The position numbers and the translations under genes are program-made. The notes beneath the pieces were generated by a model, which ran no database searches, was not told where the DNA came from, and saw only the letters and a list, made by a program, of their open reading frames with translations. 64,000 nt of DNA from contig JBBDYC010000008.1 in the NCBI GenBank assembly GCA_040901985.1, forward strand, positions 48,490-112,489. The letters are read 5' to 3'. The DNA is from Gemmatimonadaceae bacterium (GTDB lineage Bacteria; Gemmatimonadota; Gemmatimonadetes; Gemmatimonadales; Gemmatimonadaceae). Below are positions 9,444 through 18,824 of this stretch, piece by piece (within the stretch, counting starts at the first letter, position 1; the number at the start of each line of letters is the position of its first letter).

Positions 9444-9798
9444 TGGGATCCTTCTTATTCATCTTTCGCCGACGGACGGTACCGGCGCGCTGTCGTTGCT
9501 TGCCACTCAACTCGGCCAGCTCGAGTGGGGAGATCAGTGGCGCGGGGAGGAACGCGTCGAGGGCTTCGACGCGGCCGAGTGCGCGAAGGATGCGCACGAG
9601 TGTGTCGAGCGTGGGGTTCCTGCCGTGCTCGGCGCTTTCGATGGCGAAGCGGGAGAGGCCTGAGCGACTGGCGATCTCGGCGACGGTTCGGTTTTGTTGG
9701 AGGCGGTAGCGGCGGATGCGGTGGCCGAGTTCGGAGAGGATTTCGGTGGTGGTGGCGGTTGCGGAGATGTGGTGGGGTGGGGTGTCTTTGGTTGGCAT
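9436..9798 (-). CDS. hipB: HipB-like XRE HTH antitoxin
   Basis: HTH (IRRYRLQQN...PTLDTLVRILRALG) overlapping hipA start; AT-rich TATAACAG inverted repeats upstream. Confidence 0.85.
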   Translation of the reverse strand: MPTKDTPPHHISATATTTEILSELGHRIRRYRLQQNRTVAEIASRSGLSRFAIESAEHGRNPTLDTLVRILRALGRVEALDAFLPAPLISPLELAELSGKQRQRAGTVRRRKMNKKDPNA

Positions 9799-10197
9799 AC
9801 TATGAAAGTTATAACAGTTATACAGGCTGTCAAGAGACTTTAATATCTGTTATAAACTGTATTATATGTCAAATATAATGCGAGCCCGAACCGGTCTATC
9901 GCGCGCCGAACGCTTGCGGCCAGTTCGCTGCTGGCAGAACCAGAGCAAGGGTCACGAAGGAAATCGGCGGTATCTAGCTATGAAGTGCGGTAGCGGCGCG
10001 CCACCGCTGAGTCATCGACGCGTAGCACAAGTAGGAAGTGCCTGCACTCATCACTCGGCTCAGAGTGCCCGTGCAGTACGAAACGCGGTTGCTCAGCGCA
10101 GCATACCTTGTTGTCTACTACGGTGGGTGAGCTCCACACCTAAGCGACGCGACGCACCGCACCGCTACAACCGAGAGTCCATTGCGCTAGTCTCGGA

Positions 10198-11076
10198 TTA
10201 CCGCCTGCCTCGGCTCAACACCCAAGAGATGAATTCGTCTGAAAATACAACTCGACCCATCGAGAACCTGACTTGCGAGACGTATTTCTTGGAAGCGGAT
10301 TCACCGAGAACCGCCTCCACTACAACACTCTCTACCTTTCCAGCAAGAATCGAGGTTGCCGGCGAAACCTTATACACGGCCTTTTTCTCGCCTGCCCCCT
10401 GTGCATCCACGCGATCGTAATTCTGAATCTCGCGGAAAATACCAGCGAGGTGGCTCAGCCGAACGATGTTGGCGTCGTGAGTTTCAATGCTCTTGCGGAA
10501 CGCAAGTACCTCTTCGAGCGATATGCCAAAGCATTCCTGGTCGAAGACGTGTACGACGATTATCGGAACCTTGGCGGCGCTTTGCCACGCGCTGAGCGGC
10601 CCCAGGTCCTCTTCTTTGATGAAGATGTTTGGAGCCGTCGGCGCCTTAGCATGCTTTAGCGGCCTCTTGTCCAGCTGAGCTTTGGTCTTACGGACGTAAG
10701 CGCGCTGCTTCATTTCTGAAGCCTTGTACGGCGAGAACTCGACCTCAACAGCGCACCGTGCTTTCGCGAGGACGAAACTCAATTCCGATGAAAGCTTTGC
10801 GGTGGTTACTTCTCGAAGGTCATAATCTCTCGATCGCAGTGCATTATGTTCAGCTGGGCTCAAATGGGCGGCGTCAAAGACCAAGAGATCCGGTACCTTG
10901 GGCTCTCCCGCCACACTCCCGACCAAGTTGTCCGCGCTGACCCCGGAGGTTCCGAGCCTAACGGCAACAAAAGGCTTATGTAGGAACGCCTTGAGCAGTA
11001 TATCCTCGGCCCACTTGCTAGCCTTATAGCGATGCTCAAAATCAACTCCACGTCCTCGACGCTGCGGAGGCATCAC
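10198..11076 (-). CDS. Type II restriction endonuclease, AccI-like
   Basis: WAE, KVPDLLVF, AVEV, IKEEDL, VP...VF...FGIS pattern recalled from AccI family; lies behind C gene, divergent from MTase. Confidence 0.65.
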   Translation of the reverse strand: MMPPQRRGRGVDFEHRYKASKWAEDILLKAFLHKPFVAVRLGTSGVSADNLVGSVAGEPKVPDLLVFDAAHLSPAEHNALRSRDYDLREVTTAKLSSELSFVLAKARCAVEVEFSPYKASEMKQRAYVRKTKAQLDKRPLKHAKAPTAPNIFIKEEDLGPLSAWQSAAKVPIIVVHVFDQECFGISLEEVLAFRKSIETHDANIVRLSHLAGIFREIQNYDRVDAQGAGEKKAVYKVSPATSILAGKVESVVVEAVLGESASKKYVSQVRFSMGRVVFSDEFISWVLSRGRR

Positions 11077-11315
11077 ATGCCCTCCATTAAAGTGGCAACG
11101 GAGACGCGCAAGCCGTTCGCCACGGACGCGAGAACCGTGATGGTCGGGTTTCTAGCTCCCCGCTCCAGGCCGCTCAAATAGGTTACGTGTACTTGACTGC
11201 GGAAGGCGAGCTCCTCTTGAGAGAGGCCCTGATCCTTCCGAAGAATTCGAATCCGGCGACCAAGCTGCTTCGAGACGTCAGCAGACCTAGGGCGAGACCT
11301 TTTTCGTGTAGCCAT
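11073..11315 (-). CDS. R-M controller (C) protein, XRE HTH
   Basis: LSQEELAFRSQVHVTYLSGLERGARNPT; 4-nt overlap with REase. Confidence 0.85.
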   Translation of the reverse strand: MATRKRSRPRSADVSKQLGRRIRILRKDQGLSQEELAFRSQVHVTYLSGLERGARNPTITVLASVANGLRVSVATLMEGM

Positions 11316-11346
11316 TGGCTATGGATACGAAGACGCTATAGATTCC

Positions 11347-11362
11347 TCCACAGACTATGAGT
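11347..11362 (-). promoter_or_regulatory. C-box-like operator
   Basis: Minus strand ACTCATAGTCTGTGGA resembles the C.PvuII-type operator half. Confidence 0.55.
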
Positions 11363-12904
11363 AAACCATACGATGGCGATGCCATGAGCATACTCGAGAA
11401 GCTTCCTACAGGTGCAGCGCGTGAAGCGCTCAGAGAGAAGGGGCAGTTTTTCACACCCGGTTGGGTGGCGGACGCCATGGTCTCGTTTGCCGGGCGGGGC
11501 GCTAAAGCGCTGTACGACCCCGGCTTCGGCCTCGGAGCGTTCTCCTTGGCGACTGATCGAGTGTTTGGCGCTGCAGCACGAGATTACGCTGGATGTGACA
11601 CGGATCCGACCGTCTGGAGCCGCGCCCGAGATCACGGCGTAAGGGAGGACGTTCTCGAGAAAGTGAAGTGCGTGGACTTCTTCACTGTTGATCGTCTTCC
11701 TGATGGAACGTCCGTAGTGTCGAACCCCCCTTACGTCCGACATCATCGGCTCGAGACAAGCCAAAAGGAACACCTGCGTGCTCTCGGGACTCGCACGCTA
11801 GGGCGCGCCCTTGACGGGCGGACCGGAATTCATGCCTACTTCCTTATCCACGCGCTCAATCTCCTGCCGAAAGGGCAGCGGCTGGCATTCATCGTTCCTT
11901 CGGACATCTGCGAGGGTGTGTACGCGAAGCCGCTGTGGAAGTGGATAACGTCTGCCTACCGCGTTCAGGCGTTGGTGACCTTCTCACCCGAAGCCTCTCC
12001 GTTTCCCGGAGTGGACACAAACGCTGTCGTGCTACTGATCTCGAATGAGTCGCCCGGGAGCGAGTACTCGCTTGCTCGTGTGAAGACCTTCGGAACTGAC
12101 GCGCTGAGCGACTGGATCAAGAATGGACTGCCTGTGCACGACATGCCCGACCTAGTAGCGACGAGACGAACGATAAGTGACGGAGTCAGGGACGGCGTAT
12201 CGCGCTTTCCGCTCGTTGGAGCCCGCGAGAGCGGACTGGTTCTCGGTGACTTTGTGAAGGTTGTGCGTGGAATTGCGACCGGAGCAAATGAGTTCTTCTT
12301 TCTGACTAGCAAGCAGATCGAATCGCTTGGACTTCCCCAAAGTGTCTTAGTTCGCGCTGTGGGGCGTACGCGCGACATCACGAGTGAGGTCGTCTCGCCG
12401 CAGGACTTAGTCCGATTGGACGAGGAGGGGAGGCCCACATTCCTCCTATCTCTCGACGGCTCACGAAAGGAGGATCTATTGCCGGAAATTCGCAACTATC
12501 TTGCCATAGGAGAGGAGCAGCAACTCCACACCAGAGCCCTAATTGCGATGAGGAATCCGTGGTACAAGATGGAGAAGCGGGTTCCGCCTCCGTTCCTTTT
12601 CGCGTACCTCGGCCGCAGAGAAACGCGCTTTGTTGAGAACCGCGCACGACTCGTTCCGCTCACGTCATTTCTTTGCGTATACAATCGTCCGGAGACTGGA
12701 GCATCCGACGCTGAGCTTGGCCGGTTGCTAGCAGATCCGGAGCTACATCGTGCCTTGCCCTTCGTGGCGAAGTCGTACGGCGGCGGAGCGATCAAGCTCG
12801 AGCCACGGTCGTTAGAACGCGTGCCGTTGCTACCGGATCTCATAGTACGGCATAACTGGATCCTGAACGTCGAGCCAACATTGCAGCGAGACCTCGCAAT
12901 CTGA
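11357..12904 (+). CDS. N6-adenine DNA methyltransferase (gamma class)
   Basis: GQFFTP, YDPGFGLGAF (motif I), NPPY (motif IV), GIATGANEFF, KSYGGGAIKLEP; true start may be 11384. Confidence 0.9.
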   Translation: MSKPYDGDAMSILEKLPTGAAREALREKGQFFTPGWVADAMVSFAGRGAKALYDPGFGLGAFSLATDRVFGAAARDYAGCDTDPTVWSRARDHGVREDVLEKVKCVDFFTVDRLPDGTSVVSNPPYVRHHRLETSQKEHLRALGTRTLGRALDGRTGIHAYFLIHALNLLPKGQRLAFIVPSDICEGVYAKPLWKWITSAYRVQALVTFSPEASPFPGVDTNAVVLLISNESPGSEYSLARVKTFGTDALSDWIKNGLPVHDMPDLVATRRTISDGVRDGVSRFPLVGARESGLVLGDFVKVVRGIATGANEFFFLTSKQIESLGLPQSVLVRAVGRTRDITSEVVSPQDLVRLDEEGRPTFLLSLDGSRKEDLLPEIRNYLAIGEEQQLHTRALIAMRNPWYKMEKRVPPPFLFAYLGRRETRFVENRARLVPLTSFLCVYNRPETGASDAELGRLLADPELHRALPFVAKSYGGGAIKLEPRSLERVPLLPDLIVRHNWILNVEPTLQRDLAI

Positions 12905-12976
12905 GCGCACGGGGCGGAATCTGCTTCTCCAAGCTGGTGGTACTGACCAGGAGAGTAAACCAAGGAGGCCGAGTCC

Positions 12977-13037
12977 GGATAGCGTGTGCTTCTGTTGCGA
13001 CCGCATCTGCGCTCGTCGGCAGCAAGCGTCTTTAGCA
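12977..13037 (-). repeat. Degenerate attC site
   Basis: TGCTAAA gacgc TTGCTGCCGAC...GTCGCAACAGAA gcacac GCTATCC; homologous to the attC at 23261. Confidence 0.6.
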
Positions 13038-13045
13038 CGCCGCGG

Positions 13046-13616
13046 GTATAAACCGAGGACATAGGTAACACTGCTAACGTGGCACGTAACCGGGGAGGTT
13101 GCGATGCCGTGGCGGAAGCTGAGACCTATGGACCAGAAGAAGGGGTTCGTGCGCGAGTACCGGCGCGGACTGTATACGCTGACGGAGCTTGCCGAGCGCT
13201 ACGATCTCTGCCGGAAGAGCGGCTATGCGCTCGTGCGCCGAGTGGACGAGCCAGGCATCGCGGGACTACAGCCGCAAAGCCGGCGACGGCACACGTCGCC
13301 GAACCGGACACCGGATTACGTCGCTACGATGCTCATCGAGGCGAAGCGGAAGTATCCAGCCTGGGGCCTAGAGATGCTGCTGCACTGGCTGCGACCACGG
13401 CATCGGGAGTTCCGCAACTGGCCCGCCAAAAGCACTTCGGTCGCGAACTTCAAGCGCGAGGCGATCCGGCCGCCGAAGGCCACGATGCGCTCGCAACAAC
13501 GGGCCTACGATGCGTTCCGCGCTGGGTACAACGCCGGCCGCCACGCCGATGACCGCAAGCAGAGCCTGCACTGGACGGACCTACGTTGTCCGCCCAGCGC
13601 ATTCTCTATGCTGTAG
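13046..13616 (+). mobile_element. IS481-family remnant with internally deleted transposase
   Basis: End sequence GTATAAACCGAGGACATAGGTAACA; MPW...LTELAERYDLCRKSGY HTH; DDE core largely missing. Confidence 0.7.
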
Positions 13617-13620
13617 CTGG

Positions 13621-14775
13621 TCAGCTCCCGCGGAAGTTGATCATTGAGTTCGCGAGCAAACTAGACCAATGGCGCTGACTCTTGCCCATCTTATTAGGAT
13701 TTCGACCAGCGTCGTCGCAAGCCTCGTCGGTGACGCGAAGGAGAGAGAGTCCGTGTCGGTCCCAGATGGCGTTGAGATTTAGGTCTTGGCTCACCCAACG
13801 GTACTTATCGTCTTCGCCAACCGTGACGAACTGTCGGAAACAGGCGAGTAGTGGAAGCAGCGCGGATGGGAGTGGCTGCGCGTCACTGGTTCGATCGTTG
13901 AACGGCAGGACTTTCCTACCATTGTGAACCCACTTGAGCCCACCAAACCGGCCGCTAGCGTCATTCCAGACACCCTGGGACGTGGCAGCGATGTGATCGT
14001 GGAGTTCAAGGATATCCGTGACTATTGGAGCCAGTTTCTCGACTCCACTCGAGTCGGCAACATAGTCCTTGAGTACCGCCTCCTTGCTTGAATAAGCCTT
14101 GACAGGTTGTGTCTGGTCGGGCTTTGGCGGGTACTTCGCGATATCGAACATCGAGAGCATCGCAACGACATCACGAGCCGTAAGCTCGCCTTCATCGTTC
14201 TCGCTCCAAGCAATTCGACCGCCGTAGGGTTTACTGGCGAGCACCGCTTTGAGCCAGTCGAACCGACCTTCGAGGTTCTTTAGGCTCATGAGCTTTACTG
14301 CAACCGATGTATTCAGTCCACCGGAAATCACATCGATGAGGTCGGGGCGCAGGTTGGTGAGGACCTCGAGCTTCACATACTGCTCAGGAAACGTCGCGGT
14401 AGTGTCCGCATTAGCCTCCGTAATAATCTTAGCAGTATGCCCCCCATCGACGATTCCGTCCATCATTCCATTCTCATCGTTCAAATGGAGCGTGTACTCG
14501 TCTTCACCGCGCTTTTCCACCCGTCGGGCAATGACCGTGATGCCCTTATTCTTCAGATGAAAAAGACCGTCGTTTGATTTCAGGCTATCGCGAATCTCTC
14601 TGTAAACTGAACGATCGGTGTTGGGTTGTCGTGCATTGGGATCCAAGCACTCAGCGAGCGCGGCAGGGAAGCTGTTCGCCTGCACAAACAAAATATGCCG
14701 GTCCACACCCTCATTCTGATAGGTGGGATCCGGCATCCGGCGGGCAAAGTTGGCCCGAATAACAAATGTCTTCAT
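13621..14775 (-). CDS. AIPR family protein
   Basis: FHLKNKGITVIA, GIVDGGHT, ISGGLNTSVAV motifs. Confidence 0.75.
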   Translation of the reverse strand: MKTFVIRANFARRMPDPTYQNEGVDRHILFVQANSFPAALAECLDPNARQPNTDRSVYREIRDSLKSNDGLFHLKNKGITVIARRVEKRGEDEYTLHLNDENGMMDGIVDGGHTAKIITEANADTTATFPEQYVKLEVLTNLRPDLIDVISGGLNTSVAVKLMSLKNLEGRFDWLKAVLASKPYGGRIAWSENDEGELTARDVVAMLSMFDIAKYPPKPDQTQPVKAYSSKEAVLKDYVADSSGVEKLAPIVTDILELHDHIAATSQGVWNDASGRFGGLKWVHNGRKVLPFNDRTSDAQPLPSALLPLLACFRQFVTVGEDDKYRWVSQDLNLNAIWDRHGLSLLRVTDEACDDAGRNPNKMGKSQRHWSSLLANSMINFRGS

Positions 14776-14860
14776 AAAAAATCTCCCGTCCAAACTGCCG
14801 GCGCTGCCGACGCTGGACTCAAGGTTGATCAATCCTGCCATCCGGCAGGTTGACGGCTCA

Positions 14861-14889
14861 AGTATAGGCCATCACCTCTGTGGTGTCAA
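14861..14889 (-). promoter_or_regulatory. Consensus-like sigma70 promoter for AIPR gene
   Basis: TTGACA-17 nt-TATACT on minus strand. Confidence 0.75.
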
Positions 14890-15216
14890 GTTCCAACGCG
14901 ACTCCGAGTCCCGGATTCAGTCATCCCCGCCGGTCCAGAGGAGGACTCGTATGCAGTCGGTGGCCATGGCCCCGGCAGCACGCCAACGGAGCCGAACGCT
15001 CCCCATCGGTCGTCCACTTCGCGGCTGAAAACAGGCTGCAATGGAATCTGGACATGCGAACGTTGGAGCGACCGCGCTACGGGTCGAGCGGAAGCAGACT
15101 TCATGCGTAAGCCCGGCGCTGAAGTGAACGCGGCTTTTCTCACTGCGAATCCCACGTTGGCGATTTCGAAGAACCAGTGTTCGATCAGGCACTCGTCGCG
15201 GAAACCAAACATACAG

Positions 15217-16653
15217 CTATTTCATAAGTCGGCGTCCGGCCGTTCTCCCAAGACCCAGGGCGACTGCAGTCTGGAGGTAAGCGCCCTCGGCATCAAACGT
15301 GATTGGCGGATCGAATCCGAGGAGCTCGCGAAAGCGCGCTTCCACGAACGTCCTGAGGGGAGCAAAACGAAAGGCTCCGCCGACGAATACGACGGAGAAG
15401 TGCCGACTAGCAACTCCGCTGTCGGCAGCGCACAACGTGATAAAGTTATTGAGGGTTGCCCCAAACCCTGACCTGCGAGACTGCATATCTAGCTCGAGCT
15501 CTAGCGATGGAGTGAGTGCGGACAAGAGACAGTGCTGCCTCTGGGAGAGGAGCTGCGAGTTCCGTTGGTCGTGAGCGGTGAGACCGAGAGTATTCGCCAC
15601 ATCGACGAACGTAATGTCCGCGAATTCATTGCCAGAAGAGAATTGGCGCTTTGCGTCCTCGAATTGAGCGTCCAATGTCACTTGTCGGGCCCTACCATCC
15701 AGGAGCTTGAATGCGTCACGCAGTCCCGAATTGCCACGCAAGATGCAGTTGGCCATCGCCTCGTTGAGATTCCGTCCACCAAATCGATGTGAACCGGAGA
15801 CGGTCTCGTTACCTACCTCTACAAGTCCCGAGCCAAGCCGATTCAGTTCGACCAACGACATATCCGTTGTACCGGCACCCGCGTCGATTATCATCAGCGC
15901 TTGGCTCTCACGATGTGGCTGGAGATCGATTCCTCGGGCCGCCGCGAGTGATTCAGGTTGGAACGTCACTTCAATATCCCTTGCACCAAACTCCCCTGCG
16001 AAATCGGCTTCGACCAGCGCCTGTCGTCGGCGCTCAGTGGCCAGCCGATATGACTCAGCCTCCGTCTTTGGAGAAATTGATGGAATGCCAATGACTACTT
16101 GGCTGATGGGTTCTCGGTACTCATCTGCGACCCGCCGTCCGACCGATCGAAATATCGCGGCGGTTGCGACGATCAGATCACTCTCTGATGGCCCGGGAGA
16201 TGCAATCTGGTAGAACTCGCGGCGCACTTCCGTGTTCTCGCTCTGGCTCATTGGATCCCACGTCGACTTGGTCTCCACCACCCGAGACCGGTACGTGGCA
16301 ATGTTGGGCTCGGAGAGCTCCGGTTTGAAGTGGGCGAGCAACATATCTGCTTCATGTCCCTCTCGGCACCAATTCTCGAAAGTGCCGTTGCGCTGCGCAC
16401 CTATACGTCGTTGCCAATACTCACCAAAGTCCTTCTGCGCTGGCTCAAATACGGACCGCACGTATCTTTTGGCCTCACCCGGTCGCCGAATGAGTGGTTC
16501 TAGGGCCGAGCTTCGGGCAAACCACACTTTCGAATTCACCAGTTCGTCAACGTTCTCGAGAATGATCAACCGGGGTCTTAGTAAGTCTGAACTGCGCGCG
16601 ACTGAGACTGCCGTCGTGGCTGTTCCAAAGTCAATTCCGACGGCTAGTGACAT
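15217..16653 (-). CDS. Hsp70/actin-fold ATPase (nucleotide-binding domain only)
   Basis: VGIDFGTATT, QPESLAAA, IIDAGAGTTD, FGGRNLN, FVGGAFR; no substrate-binding domain. Confidence 0.8.
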   Translation of the reverse strand: MSLAVGIDFGTATTAVSVARSSDLLRPRLIILENVDELVNSKVWFARSSALEPLIRRPGEAKRYVRSVFEPAQKDFGEYWQRRIGAQRNGTFENWCREGHEADMLLAHFKPELSEPNIATYRSRVVETKSTWDPMSQSENTEVRREFYQIASPGPSESDLIVATAAIFRSVGRRVADEYREPISQVVIGIPSISPKTEAESYRLATERRRQALVEADFAGEFGARDIEVTFQPESLAAARGIDLQPHRESQALMIIDAGAGTTDMSLVELNRLGSGLVEVGNETVSGSHRFGGRNLNEAMANCILRGNSGLRDAFKLLDGRARQVTLDAQFEDAKRQFSSGNEFADITFVDVANTLGLTAHDQRNSQLLSQRQHCLLSALTPSLELELDMQSRRSGFGATLNNFITLCAADSGVASRHFSVVFVGGAFRFAPLRTFVEARFRELLGFDPPITFDAEGAYLQTAVALGLGRTAGRRLMK

Positions 16654-18613
16654 GCTCTTGAGCCTCCTCAATCATATTGACGATCTGAGTAATGAACTCG
16701 CCAGCGGCAACGGTCTCCCGCTGCACGACTGCAAGCGTCGAGGACACCTCGTTCTGCACGCGCTCTGCAGCCCAGGCCGTAGTCTCGGTTGCCGCAGACC
16801 GGACGTACTCATGGACTCTTGCCGCAACTTCGTCAACGACGGGGTCAGCCAGCTTCTCGCTGAGTCCGAACGGTTTGTGTGATTTATGAGCATCCCGTAT
16901 CGCAACATGCTTCCAGACCGCACGCTTCGGCCCATCGTTCGCAACCAGCTCCTCTAGAGTGGATGATCCAAGCTCGCTCTTGTTAGTCGCCACGAAGCTA
17001 CACAGCACCTCAAAAAAGTAAGGCGAATCCGCTGCGTATTGCTCTACGCGCAACCGCGCTTCGTTCAGTTCGGTCGGTAACTGCTCAATGAGCGCTCGCT
17101 CTACTGAAGAGCGCGCCGCGCCTCCTACTAGCGCAGTCTGTGAAAGCTGCTGCACTAGCATCGCGAAGTCTGTGTTACCGACTTGTGTTGCGGACTCCGT
17201 GGTCTCGCTCGCCTCTGCCGGCGACTCCGGGAGTCTCTTCGGGCTCGCGATCTCCACGGCATCGACCAGTCGTGCCGTGTCAATGCTCAGCCAAGGCACC
17301 GGATTCTTCTCGAGCCTCCTCAATTCTGCAGCGAGCATGGCTACTAGCCGTCGGAGGCGAGTCGCTTCTTGTTGCGCTGAGGCAAGCCGATCTGCGTGTT
17401 GGGCACCTTCGAGTATCTGCGCGACGCGCGAACTCACTTGGACAAGCTCACGGCGCTCGATCACCCCCTGCAGTCCCTGCCAAAGGCGAATAGCCTCGTT
17501 GGCGTCGGCGGATTCCAGCAACTCAAACGGAGCGGCAGCAGCATCAAGCTTGGACAAACTGACGGCGCTACCATCGCGCGCGGCAACCTTCTGAAATTCA
17601 AGGCGGTCGGCAGGCGCAAGCGTGCGGGCACCAAGGTTTTGAAGAACAGCCTTAAGTGCGCTACTCGTCAGTTGTGGCGTGTTCACGGCCAACAGTGCCA
17701 ACAGTGCGGCTGCTGACTGTTTCTGAAGTTCCGCCAGTTGCTTCGCGCTCAGCTTGTTGGACATTGAGAGCCGAACAGCGTCTGCCCATACGTTGGCGGC
17801 TTCGGCTGGAACGCGTGCCTTGAGAAGGTGCGAGAACAACGGGCCAGCCACGACCTTCTTTCTTGCGGCAGAATTGAAGATAGTGTGGAGGACTTGCTGG
17901 CGAAAATCATTTAGCTTCCGGAATTCGCCCGCCACACCGCCCGTCGCTTTGGTTGGCGCCACGCCTGTCGCCGCAACCTTTGCGATTGCCCGCAGGGCTG
18001 CCGTCTCCTTCGGATTCGCCCCGGCATTTGGAGATAGGCTGAGAACTAGGTGCCGATAGCAGAGTTCCTTTGCCAGCGGGCACCCTAGCGCCGAAAGGGC
18101 TGCTGCGGAGTCGTGAGTGATTCCAACGTCGCGCCAAACAGCATGACTGTCGAACCCGTTGGTATTCGGAAGCCTCAACGTCACGAAAGTACTGAAGATC
18201 GCGGGAACGCTGTTCTCTACTTCGTCGTTCGATAGCGGCCAATTGCGTCGGCGCACGCGATTGGAAATCTGTTCCTCCCATTTGCCACGAGATACCTGCA
18301 ATCCCATCGCCATAGCAACAAGCTGCCGGCCGAGCGGATGCGCATTCATCGCAACACGAGCACTATCATTCTTGGTGAGATTCAGCAGCCTAGGGTCAAG
18401 CAAAGCGTCTAATGCCAAGAAGCTGCCGATGCCACCCAGGAACTCAGCGTTCAAAAAGGCAGCCCGCAGGCCTGCGGGGCTCTTGATAGAGCCTATCAGA
18501 GCCTTCCTTGCTTGCTGGTAGGCCGACCTTGTGAGGGGGTTCGCATCGGTGGCCGTAAGAAGCTGCTCAAGGGCTTGACGCGTGTTCGTTGGCGAAATCG
18601 GCTTTCTATTCAT
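16631..18613 (-). CDS. Uncharacterised 660-aa alpha-helical/coiled-coil protein
   Basis: Long ORF with AGGAG RBS; overlaps the Hsp70-like gene; Ala/Leu/Glu/Gln-rich heptads. Confidence 0.75.
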   Translation of the reverse strand: MNRKPISPTNTRQALEQLLTATDANPLTRSAYQQARKALIGSIKSPAGLRAAFLNAEFLGGIGSFLALDALLDPRLLNLTKNDSARVAMNAHPLGRQLVAMAMGLQVSRGKWEEQISNRVRRRNWPLSNDEVENSVPAIFSTFVTLRLPNTNGFDSHAVWRDVGITHDSAAALSALGCPLAKELCYRHLVLSLSPNAGANPKETAALRAIAKVAATGVAPTKATGGVAGEFRKLNDFRQQVLHTIFNSAARKKVVAGPLFSHLLKARVPAEAANVWADAVRLSMSNKLSAKQLAELQKQSAAALLALLAVNTPQLTSSALKAVLQNLGARTLAPADRLEFQKVAARDGSAVSLSKLDAAAAPFELLESADANEAIRLWQGLQGVIERRELVQVSSRVAQILEGAQHADRLASAQQEATRLRRLVAMLAAELRRLEKNPVPWLSIDTARLVDAVEIASPKRLPESPAEASETTESATQVGNTDFAMLVQQLSQTALVGGAARSSVERALIEQLPTELNEARLRVEQYAADSPYFFEVLCSFVATNKSELGSSTLEELVANDGPKRAVWKHVAIRDAHKSHKPFGLSEKLADPVVDEVAARVHEYVRSAATETTAWAAERVQNEVSSTLAVVQRETVAAGEFITQIVNMIEEAQEHVTSRRN

Positions 18614-18627
18614 TCCGAAAGCTCCTA

Positions 18628-18824
18628 CTCGAACGCTGGATTCCGCAAGCAGCCGAGAGCCCCCGCCGTCCCGATCCGGCTCAGACTCTAGATCATGCTC
18701 CTCCAGGGCCTTGAGGATCGTGGCAATACCTCCGCGATGTACTTCGATCCACGATCATTGGGAAAACGATGACCGCCGCCAGCACGCCGTGCGTCAAGCC
18801 CGTCGCCAGCAAGCGTCGTTAACC
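18628..18824 (-). repeat. attC-like site (long, possibly composite)
   Basis: GGTTAAC (contains upstream gene stop) gacgc TTGCTGGCGAC ... GCGGAA tccagc GTTCGAG. Confidence 0.55.

Noticed and set aside
9845..9880. dif/Xer site
   Set aside because: ATATGTCAAAT resembles a XerD arm, but the XerC arm does not fit the 11-6-11 spacing; more likely the hipBA promoter/operator
9866..10190. ORF 9866-10420 or an intact attC after the REase
   Set aside because: No protein features; only scattered attC-like words without a pairing stem
14886..15212. Third gene downstream of Hsp70-like ATPase
   Set aside because: Short ORFs in several frames without recognisable motif or RBS; probably decayed cassette/attC DNA
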